A stretch of DNA of 40,131 nt from Fonticula alba ATCC 38817 (lineage: Eukaryota; Protista; Nucleariida), in NCBI GenBank assembly GCA_000388065.2, contig KB932217.1, one strand, 5' to 3'. The translations under genes were made by a program, and so were the position numbers. Below the pieces are notes generated by a model, which ran no database searches, was not told the DNA's origin, and worked only from the letters and a program-made list of their open reading frames with translations. Position 1 is the stretch's first letter; each line of letters opens with the position of its first letter. Of this stretch, positions 21,912 through 32,236 are shown piece by piece.

Positions 21912-24900
21912 TCACACAAAGTGGACCAGACGGCAAGGGACCGGACAGGTGTGCGAGAAGACCGCGGCCCGGGGCGTCCGCGAGCAGGAATAATCCCCCA
22001 GGCGGGCATGGGAGACCTCGGGATTGTGGAGGAGGAACTCGCGCTTGGCCAGACGCAAGAATTCCCGGATGAACCCATCGGTGAAGGCATGGTCGCGGAT
22101 GACATCGCGATGTCCAAGGCCGTCAATCTCCAGCACAATCACATGGCTATCATCCTCGGTGTCTGGGTTTTGGGCCTTGTGGTTGGTGTTGTGTGCGCGT
22201 GTGCGTGTACCGCGGGGGCGGAGCGGGGAGAGGGGAGGCCGGGCGGGCGGGGCGGGCGGGGCGGGGGAGGCCGCAAGTTTCGCCGCGAGAGGCAGGGCGG
22301 GAGGGGCAAAAGGTGAGTGGCGAATCGCCGCGAAGGGTGCGGGGCCCGCGTGGGCGAGGGCAGCAGGTCAGGCAAGGGGGCCCCATGGCCGGAGCAGACT
22401 GGTGGATCGCCGATGAAAGCGCAAGCCGGCGAGAAGCAGCAGCAGCAGCAGCAGCAGCATACCTTGCGAGTGGACTGGTATCGCGAGTAGGAGGACTGGG
22501 ACTTGTGGAATTGCTGCAGGAGGTCCAAGTGCACGAAGCCCGACTGGGCAAGAGTCCCACCGAGGTCCTGGTACAGTTTGGAGATGAGGGTGTCCACGTC
22601 GCCGGCCGAGCGAGCGGGGATATTCTTCACCTGGACATTGTCGTGGTGCCAGGTGTGCGACCAAGAGAGCGAGGCATACGGCACGGTCTGGGGACAGGGG
22701 AGACAGGAGGGTAAGTACGAATGGCGAGCACCGGGCCGGTCGGCGGCCAACCATCAACCAGACAGCGAGAGCAGGTACCCCATCGCCGGACTTCGGATAG
22801 CGCGACTGGCCGATGATCGCGGAGCTGGGCAGAAGACTGTGGGAACTGGTGGCCAGGATCTTGCCGCCACTCGATTCGAAAATCTCCGACTCCATGATGA
22901 GGGACATCTTGCCATTGTTCCGCGTCACTGTGGTGCAAGGAGGGAGGAGGAAGAACGAGTGAAAGAGAGGTCAGGGGAGGGCAACGAGCGGGCAAAGCCA
23001 CCGGCACATTGAGGGGGGAGGGGGGGATTCGGAGAAGACCACACGCACCCGCCTTATAGTGATATCCAAGGTCGGTTTGGAGGTTCCGCCCATAGATGGT
23101 GAGGATCTGCCGGATGGGAGGTCGAGCGGGGCCCTCCCGCTCGAGTTCCAGCCACACCGGGTCGCGGAAGTAGAATTTGTCCAAGGCCTGGTAGAATTTG
23201 TCGTATTCCGAGTCGCTCAGCTAAACCAGGTGGGTGAGTGGGAGAATGAGGGGGGAGCAAAAGCAAGAGCAGGAAGAATCCCATACCATGGCATGCAGCG
23301 TCCGATACATCTGGCCGGAGATGATTTCCGAGGGGCTGAAGGTGGTGGTGGTGCCGTTTTCGGCCTTGATGACGACAAGATGATCCGGCCACAGGGAGGG
23401 GGCATTGCCGAGGGTGGTGTTCGAGTGTGCGGGAACCAGGCTATTTTCCCGGTGCACAAGGGGGAGGCAAAAGGAGGGAAAGTCAGCCGGGGCTGCGGCA
23501 AGCGCGCGGGAACATGCAAGCACCATGGGGCGTACTTTTCGGCGATCGTGATGTTGGAGGGCAGGAGGAAGTGTGCACTCGAGAAAGACACGCCCATCAG
23601 GCGCGAGTCCATGGAATTGATTGGCAGGGAGAAACCCACACCGGAAATCATGCCACGGACCGATTGAACAGACCCCAGCAGCGGCGGGGCCACGGACTGA
23701 GTGTGCACGCCCGCGAGGGCAGGCGTGAGGGAGGGGGGGGGAAGGTGAGGAACCAGACCGGCGACCTGGGGCGCAAGCAAGTCCGACATACCACAAACAT
23801 CCAAATGTGCGCGTCAAACCATTCCTCATGGATCTTCGGATAGTGAAGCTTCATCCACTCGACAAAGTACAGGAACAACTTGCAGCCCATCGAGTGGCAC
23901 AGGGCAATGGCCGGGTTGCGGTTCATGCGGACCGTATGCTGCGAGGACCATGCAAGCGATCGACCAGTCAGCGGCGGGCGCCGGAATGAGCATGCAAAAT
24001 GATGGCATCCAAGCGTGGGGCCTACCTCAATGTCGAACTTCATCTTGGAAAAGAGGGCATCCCGGTCCTCGAGCAGCTTCGGCGCGATGCGCCAGTCATA
24101 TGGCAGAGCCAGCATGCTGGAGATGTCGTAGCTAAAGTGGTGGGCCATGTAGTAGACCAGGTTCCGGAAGATGGCCGTCACCGGGGCCAGCACACCATTC
24201 AACAGGTCATAGATGGCACCCATGCCTGCGAAGGGGGGAGGAGCACCATGTGCATCGGGTCAGGGACACCTCCACGGAGAAGAGCAGGACAAGCGGGCAG
24301 GCAAAGGAACGCACCCTCCTCGGGCCGGAGCTTGCAGCCCTCTGGGTCTGTCTGGTCCACGATGTCCAGCATCATGCACTTAATCCAGCATGCCTCCTCG
24401 AAGAGGTTGTGGTGAAGGACCTTCTCGAGGTTGAGCCAGACGACGTCGCCGATCTCGATGCTACGCCGCGGCCAGGGGGAGGGGAGTGCAGGCCAAGCGA
24501 TCAGGGTTAGGGGAGGGGGGGGAGGGGGGGGGAAAAAAAACCCGACAAAGCACGAGGAGAAAGGAGGGCGCACTTCATGGCCGAGCAGGACTTCCGCCGC
24601 CAGGCAATCAGGCGCGACGAGGCGAAGCCCGGGATGTAGAGGATGGGCTTCTTCCGGCGCTTCTCAATGTGCGCCTGAATGAAGCGCTTTTCCAGGATCG
24701 ACCGGAGCAAGACGCTCTCCTGCAAAAGCAAGTTCAGCGCGGGCGCATTGGCTACCCACACGGCGGCGGGGGTCTCCGAAGAAACGACCAAGTTGATGTT
24801 GTGCCGGCGCCCATGGAGCATGTTCATGCCGCCTGAGATGGATGAAAAAGTATCCTCCGGGTGAGTTTCACACAGCGAGATGCAATGTCCCGACCGACCG

Positions 24901-25898
24901 AGAGTAGGTCGGGGAGGGCACAACAAGAGGCGACATACCGATGGAATCCCCCCGGAAGAAGGAGCTAATATACTCGGCGGCATGCTCGGGATTCTCGCCG
25001 GGAGTGGCGGAGAGGGTGCCCTGCTCGACGATCAGAAAGTGTGTGAAGCCATCCTGCAGCCCGAATGCCGGCCGGTGAGTGAGACGAAGGCTGACCGGAG
25101 AGAAGGGACAGGCTGACGCACATCGAGCACCAGGCCCTCGCCCGTCTGAAGGGTCTGCAATGTGAAAAGCTGCGACAGCTGGGTGATCATCTCCGGGGAG
25201 TAGATCAGTCGGTCCGAGAAGAAGGGGTTCGCCGAAAAGAGGACGCTCATCTGGAAGACAGAAGGGCAGTCATTCGGAAGGTGGTGGGGGCCACAAGCGG
25301 AGGAGCAGCGGAAAAAAGTGGTGAGGCCGGGAGACGAGCAGATCGAAGAGGGGCCACAAAATCCCGAACGCACCTCCTGGTTGTATGAGAAAGGCCGGAC
25401 ACTGATGTACCAGGAGTTGAGGAAGGAAAAAAGCAAGTACGACATGAAGAAGGCCTGTGACCAGGGGCAGGGGGGGAGGGGGACAAACACAAAGGCATCT
25501 GTGAATACGGGTGGGCGAGCATGAGGCGGCGCCGAGGGCTTACGCACGGAGAAGAGGGAGAGTGTAAAGAAGAAGAGACCAGACAGGTTGCCTCGGAAAC
25601 GCTGTTCAGAGTCCGCAGAAAACTGGCCACGGCTTTTCCGGGGGGAAAAGCCCGAGCCTCCTCCCCCGTCAGCATCGCCTTTCCGGCCAAAGAGGCCATC
25701 CTGCTGGAAGGAATCCGACAGCAGGGTAAGTGCGTCGGTCGGGAATTGCAGGTCGCGAATGGAGGAGGCCGAAGAGTCGAAGTAATCCCCGAAGGGGGGA
25801 GGCGGGCGCGCTAGCAAGTGTTCACGCGAGGAGAAATCCACCGACAGGGCCCTACGACGCCGTGGGGCTCGGGGGACATCGGAGTCTAGATTGCTCAT
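21912..25898 (-). CDS. LCAT-family acyltransferase (PSAT1-like) with N-terminal TM segment and cNMP-binding-like domain; 14 exons: 25898-25548, 25454-25374, 25250-25122, 25053-24939, 24832-24574, 24460-24315, 24225-24026, 23938-23792, 23696-23536, 23440-23287, 23220-23049, 22927-22779, 22687-22463, 22175-21912 (~850 aa)
   Basis: LCAT motifs: ILYIPGFASSRL, VWLN, CWIKCMMLD, LPYDWR, nucleophile CHSMG, APPLLGS, SGDG|TVPYASLSW and GHRDVI. All 13 introns are GT-AG and phase-consistent, summing to 2553 nt. The last acceptor could be 22175 or 22154. Confidence 0.9.
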
Positions 25899-27758
25899 GA
25901 CATGGATTGCGAGTCATAAAGAAGGGAGTGGAAAAGACAAACCAAAGAGAGAACAATGTGGGAGGAAGGAGGGCAAGGAAGTGGCATGCAGGGGAGGGAT
26001 GGAGAAATCCCTCCGCCTGGTGGATGGACGAGGGGGGTGCCCGATCGACCACCAGGCCCGAAGACCGAGGCCGGGGCCTGGGCACAGGGGCCTGGGCGCA
26101 GGGGCTTGTAACAGAACGTGGGGCAGGATTAGATTAGCAGCAAGAAGACAGAGAGGCATAAATATGCCATGTATTTTATTGGATGTGGTTTATTTTTCCA
26201 GTAGATATAATGACAGAAAAGTCCAACAAATGTGATTTTAGTAAAGTATGATCTATAATTAGACAGGGATGGTATTTAAACAAGCTAATTTGAGCATATT
26301 CCAAAATCATCATTCTTTGAGGCTTAATAAGGTCATTGTTTTTCAGGGTGCCGTTGTGACTGATCGATTGCCAAGCCCGGGCCTCGCCAAAAGAAAGGGT
26401 GCTCCTTGGTGGGCATCTGTTCGCCCAAAGGGATACTTAATCACGCCCTCCCCTTCTCCCCCTCCCGGCGGCTTTCCTCCTTGTCAAGCCACCCTCCTTT
26501 TTGCACTCCCGATCTCATGCCCTCTTTCGAGACCTTGATCTCTTTGGCCAATCTGGAAGCCCCTCTGTCTGGCCTCTTCCGGCATTGCTCTTTAACACCT
26601 GCCAGCTCGGTTCCGACTGAACCAGAGACGACTTCCCCTGAAGAGCCTCCCTTCCGGAATGCCCCCACCCACAGGGCCCTCTCGGCTCTTGCCAAGGATC
26701 TCATCTATCTTTTCCCCCCGGCCAGACGGCCCACTGCCTGAGCCATCACCCTGGGTCGCCTTTATTTTTTTTTCCCCGCTTCTCCTTCCTTGAACTCCTC
26801 AAAGCCGATCCACCTCGTGTGTCCACGGGCTACCTGGGGCGAGGGGTCTCTCTGCAAACCAGTGACCGGTCCCAGGAAAGGCTGCCGGACAATATCTCCT
26901 CTCTCCTGGCGGCTTTTTGGATTGAGATGCCTCAGGCAGGAGGGCCTTGTGTGTGTATCTCCGGTCAGGGGTGGATTGACATGGGGGTGGCCTTTTGAAC
27001 TTCTCCGGGAGTTCCCCCTCGTCGGGGAGAAACAGCCTCAATGGGAGATATTGCCGGACACGGGGAGAGGTTACTCGAGGGTGTCGGAGGAGGAGGAGGG
27101 GGTGGAACCGAACGAGTGAGCGGCCACGCTGGCGTGACGAGCCTCACAGCCCTCCCTCGTCGGTGCTCATCACGCGCGTGCACACAATGCCTGTCCTACT
27201 CCTCGGTGCCATTGCTCCAGGCCCCATCTTCCCGAGGTCAGCCACGCAAGCCCCTCGCGACGGCCTCGCCTCCTTTCCGACAGCTTTGCTTCCGACCCCC
27301 CAGGCGGGAGGAAGGGGGGGATGCCAGAGCATGTGTTTTTTCTGCCGACCCCAGCTCCTCTTGCATCAGGCCGAATCTGCTCCCTGGCCGGCTGAGCCCA
27401 CCACGGCACTTGGATCAAGTGCCGCGCCAGCCGGCACACATCAGGGATCGCGCTGAGCCCTCCTCAAGCGCAACCCCGCCCCCAGGCAAAGACAACCAAA
27501 CACGAATGTCCCACCGATCTGGCCAGCGCCAGGGCAAAGGGCGCCATCCCAGCGGCCGCCTCGCGGGTGATGTGGCCGACACCCTCTGCACCGTGACGCG
27601 GCGGCCCAGGGTGCCTGACCTCGGGTCATGCAACCCCCGCAATTGCCCCGGGGACGCCGTCTGGTTCTCTCGACATGATTGGGAGTGTCTATTGTCGACC
27701 GTGGCGAAAGACCGACCCTTGTGAACAAAAGGCAGGTCTCGAGGCGCGACCTGCGGCG

Positions 27759-30043
27759 TCAATCCTGCTTGGCGCTCTTCTTGCTCGAGGCCGAGGCGGC
27801 AGGGGCGGCGGGGGCAGCGGCCACGCGGCCGGTCGGCCGGCCACCGGGCTGCAGCACGCGCGGGGCCTCATTGTACGAGTCATAATCGTCGCTCGGGGCG
27901 ATCTTGATGATGCAGTACACGAAGGACATGATGACGCCAATGAACATGCTGGCCACGAGGATCGGGTGAGCGACAGCCCAGTTGAAGGCAAACTCGAAGC
28001 GCTTGGCGATGAGCTACGCCGGCACGAGTGGCGGCCGGCAAGAATTGGCGGGACAATGGCAGACAGGCGTGTGAGTCGGGGACACCCGGGCTGGATGCAG
28101 GCATGGGGAAAGACCGGGCGAAGGGGAGGATGTCTGCAGCATCGAAACGCACCCGGGGAATGGCCACGACCCAACCGCCGATCCAAGCGGCCGGGAGCTT
28201 CTCGGCCTGGGTGTCGGCGACGAACTGCGTAAGACTGGCGGATACCGCGGCAACGATGCGAGCCGCATGCTCCGGGTCAACCACCTGGTTGAGCGGGCCC
28301 TGCTCGGCGAGGAGGTCCAGCAGCGGAAGCGCGGTGAAAGTCTGCTCCGGCGGGTTGATGAACACCACGGAGGGGTATGTGGGGGAGGAGCCGCTGCCCG
28401 GACGGAGCTCCTCGGCCGGGACCGGGCGGATGGGGAGCTTGAAGTTGCGAGAGGCATACGGCGACCAGGTGTCCGAGGACATCCAGGTGAAGTGGAGCGG
28501 CACGCCGGCGGCCTCAGACGCGCGGGCAACCTGGCGCAGACCATCGCTGCAGGTTGGAATGGAACACACAGGTGTCGGGCGTCAGAGATAGGTGGGAGCT
28601 TGCCGGGAGAGAGCCATCTCCGTGGACAGTGCTATCGGCGCGAACTCGCGATCGCGAGGGGAAAAAAAAAGAGCAAGCCAAGCGCAGACAAGGATAGAGA
28701 AAGAAGGAGACGGGGGAGCAGCCGACCAGGGGGAGGGGAAGGACGCACAGCAGCGAATAGTGGAAGGGATAGGTGGGGCTGGTGAAGGCAATCAGCAGGG
28801 GGACATCCGAGTCGCCGACCAGGTCGGCACCGCTGCGGGCGTCGAGGTTGATCAGCGGCGGGTAGCGGTGGCGAATGATGAAGTCCAGCACGGCGGAATC
28901 CTGCTCCAGAGAGGTCAAGTCCTGGGGGAAGAGAGACAGCTTGCCGTCGCGCCACATAAAGAGTAGGGCAGCACCGTCGGCCGGGGGGGGCCGCTGACCG
29001 GAAACCTTGGCCAGGTCCAGCAGGTGCGCGAGCGACTCCGGGCCGGTGGCATCGAAGAACCGCGAGCGGAAGACCAGCTTCTTGGAGGCCGCCACAAAGG
29101 GGACCGCGCCGAAGGGGACCGACTCATCCGGCACCCAGCGAATGAAGGACACCGGCTTGCTGGTGTCCGACTGCAGGGTCTTCTTGATCTCGTCGCCGGT
29201 CGTCGGGAGCATGGAGATCAGGGGCGCGGACAGCGATGCAACATACTCGCTGAAGGCCTCCACAGTGCGCTGGCCCTGGTAGGTGTCCACCTCCTCGCCG
29301 TTCATGAAGCTGGGTTGGTTGTTTCATGTGGCCGTACAAGGCGAGCGGTGAGTTTGTGCCCGGCGGGGGAGGGCAATGCCGGCGAAGCGGAGATCCCGAG
29401 CGAAGGAAGGGGAGGGGAAATGGTCGGGCACGCACAACTTCATGGTGGGATAGCCGCGGATGCCATACTTCTCGCAGGCGACTGGCAAGAACAAAGCCGA
29501 GTTGGGTCAGCACCAGAGGCGGGCATGGGGAGCAGAACGAAAAGAGCAAGGAAAGCGAGGGGAAGAGCGGCGTGCAGGGGAGGGGAGTGAGGAGCAGGGG
29601 GGATCCGAACGCACGCGAGTGGGCGGAGCAGTCAATCGAGGCGATGTTGACACTGTGAGCGGCGGCCGGGGCAACCAGCTGCGGCCAGATTGGCTCCAGG
29701 CGCTTGCAGTGGCCGCAAGACCTACGACGCGCGGGGGTGAGAAGGCCCAATGGAAGCACGTAAAACAGACGTCAGAGAGGAAGAGAGAGAGAGGGAAGGG
29801 GAAAGCGAAAAAAGCGCCACCATCACCTTGGCCGGAGCGAGTGGTGGGATGGAGGGCAGACACGCACGGAGAGTGGAACTTGACAAACCAGTTGCCCTTC
29901 GAGAGCAGGGAAACCGAGTCATTGGTGAGGGCGTGCGGGCCCGCATGGGCGCGAGCCACGGCCGCCAGGCAACTGGCGACCAGGAGAACTACCGCCAGGA
30001 GGCTGGAGACCATGCCGCGCCGGGGTTGCTGCTGTGAAAGCAT
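27759..30043 (-). CDS. TMX3: TMX3-like transmembrane protein disulfide isomerase, 6 exons: 30043-29868, 29721-29615, 29481-29436, 29309-28749, 28546-28153, 28013-27759 (~512 aa; start may be 30013)
   Basis: Signal peptide MVSSLLAVVLLVASCLAAVARA; WFVKFHSP|SCGHCKRLEPIW; IASIDC, YGIRGYPT and YQGQRT motifs. Two non-catalytic Trx-like regions, a C-terminal TM (ILVASMFIGVIMSFVYCII) and a lysine-containing tail KKSAKQD. Orthology to TMX3 is inferred from architecture only. Confidence 0.85.
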
Positions 30044-30469
30044 TTTCCTGGGGGAGGGCAGCAGGAAAGGGGGCCGGCAACGGATGGGAGGGGGGGAGGT
30101 GTTGCTATGGACCAGCCATCTGGTCCCCCCCGGCGCATGATCCCGCCCCTTATCGGGGGGGGGATCTTCGGGGCCCCAAGCCGCCGCGGGGGAGGAGGGG
30201 GACACACGCATGCACAACGGTGACAAGCGTCCAGCTGGTGGACATCTAGTTGGCTGCATCCGTTGGTAGATGGAAATGCTTCCAGAAGCTGGCAGCTTGC
30301 CGGAGAAGCCGTGTTTGAGTGCCTTTTTTCGTGGACCCGGCTGGAGGCCCTCGGCCTGGCATGCGTCTCATCCTGCCCCACCCCCCCCCCCCTGCCTCAC
30401 CTCCAATCCTGTTTGAGGAGCCGCCCTTGGTCTGCCTCCCCTCCACGCCTCTGCGCCCTTCCCTCGGTG

Positions 30470-30835
30470 ATGGATCGGATCCCCCCGCTTGCCATCAAGT
30501 ATCCCCGGACACGCTGCTCAGCCGACGCCTTTCTGCGCTTGACTCACGGGGTGCCGGCAAACCAGCTGCTGAGCATGCTGGGTTCCTTGCAAGTGGAGCG
30601 TCTCCCTCAGGTGGTGATCACCCAAGCGGCGACGGCGGCAGTGGCGGCAGCGACGACAGTGGCAGCGGCGCCGCTGCCCTCCTCGCCGTCCGCGATCCCG
30701 ACCGCACCCGGCTGCCCACCGATCGAGCCCCGCGTTGCGACCGCGCCCCCAGGGCCGCCCCTGCCTGGGATATGGCTTCATGAGGAGGAGTTTGAGATGT
30801 TCTCGATCTTTGGTGCCGCCGACCACCACCCCTAG
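30470..30835 (+). CDS. Hypothetical small protein (>=121 aa), family not recognised
   Basis: MDRIPPLAIKYPRTRCSADAFLRLTHGVPANQLLSMLGSLQVERLPQ...GIWLHEEEFEMFSIFG. Lies in the gap between divergent TMX3 and convergent SEY1 and is followed by 3'UTR-like GT/GC repeats. No homology recognised. Confidence 0.45.
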   Translation: MDRIPPLAIKYPRTRCSADAFLRLTHGVPANQLLSMLGSLQVERLPQVVITQAATAAVAAATTVAAAPLPSSPSAIPTAPGCPPIEPRVATAPPGPPLPGIWLHEEEFEMFSIFGAADHHP

Positions 30836-31102
30836 GGCGCCAAGTGCGCGCGTGCCTGTGCGTATGTGTGTGTATGTGTGCGCGCGCGCGCGCGCAATTA
30901 AGAGACAGACTATCTAATGATGCTTTCTTTGATGGAGGTGGGGCATGGGGAAGCACTCCACGCAGAGGCAACCGGGGAGTTGGGCGTGGAGGGCGGAGTG
31001 AGGAGGGGCAGGGGGCAGGGGATCCACCATGTCGGTGCACACACCGCATGTGGGCCTTCTCTTCGCACGCATGGGCACAGCGGACTTTGCATCCCGAGGA
31101 GC

Positions 31103-32205
31103 TCAGTCCTCCTTCGGGCCAGCACCGGCCGCGGGGGGAGAACCACCGGCCGAGGCGGCGCCAGAGCCGGCAGTGCCCCGGTCATTCTTGTTGTCGTTGA
31201 GCATCTGCATCACGTCATTGAAGTTGGGCATGGTGCCAGTGACTGCGCCTCGCACAATGGCCGACGACAGGCGGCCAGCAAACTGCAAGCGGAGAGGTGA
31301 GTGTCAAGTGGGGGGAGGGGGAGGATGGCGCGGTCAAGGGGAGGCGCAGCCGAGGGCCATGTACGCACCACGCGAACGCGGTAGATGAAGTTCTCAACCG
31401 GGACCTGGAGATCGAAGGCCAGGATCACGACATACAGGAGGCCCAGCTGCGATGCGGAAAAAGAGAACGTCAGTAAAGGAGGAGGTGACTGGGGGGCGGG
31501 GGCATGTCGTAGAGATGAGTGGGTGACGAGATGCTGTGGAGACGCACGAAGACCGCAATCAGCAGGTACTTGCCGGGGGAGGAAATGAAGTCCATGAGCT
31601 CGTTGAAGCCGAGGAGGAAGATGGCCAGATAGGTCCACTTGGGGATCTTGTACTGGGGCTGGTCGCAGCGCATCGAGGCATCCTGGAACTCGACGGCCAC
31701 CTCGCTCTCGAATTGGGTCCAAATCTGCCACGGAAGGGGAAGGAAGCACCAGGAGAGGGGTCAGAGACCGGAGAGGGCGGTATGTGCTCCTGTGTCCTGA
31801 AACCGAGTAGCGACCGATGCACTGGGAGAGGATGGCAGGGGGGGGGGAGTACCTTGTTCTCGAGCTTCTTGTCGATCAGAGCCAGGGGAGTCGGCGGGTT
31901 GGAGATACCCTGGTGGCATGGCCAAGAGAGATCGACCGAGGGAGCAAACGAAGATGGGCGTCAGGAAGCAGCGGCGAGTGAAGGTGACGGGGACGGAGCT
32001 GTGCCATATGCCCGACGTACGAGCGGAGACCAATCCAGCTTGATAAAGCGCATGGCCTCGAGCGCATTGCGGGCCAGAAGCTTGCCCGAGTCGAAGTAGG
32101 TCTCGACATTCATGCCGGGGCGCCAGATGATCGGCCGGCGCTGGCTATCGAAGCGGAACTTCGAGTGGAAGCTGGAGTCCACGCAAGGAGGAAGGAGGAG
32201 AAGGG

Positions 32206-32236
<31 letters not shown>

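Noticed and set aside
22430-22462. Poly-Cys stretch (VCCCCCCCF) suggesting a metal-binding tail
   Set aside because: It is a (TGC)n microsatellite just inside the intron that starts GTATGC at 22462.
24501-24512. Telomere-like GGGTTAGGG
   Set aside because: A single unit inside a G-rich intron; not an array or a template-like context.
26440-26449. ATCACGCCCT as a sterol regulatory element upstream of the PSAT-like gene
   Set aside because: Three mismatches to ATCACCCCAC; not distinguishable from chance.
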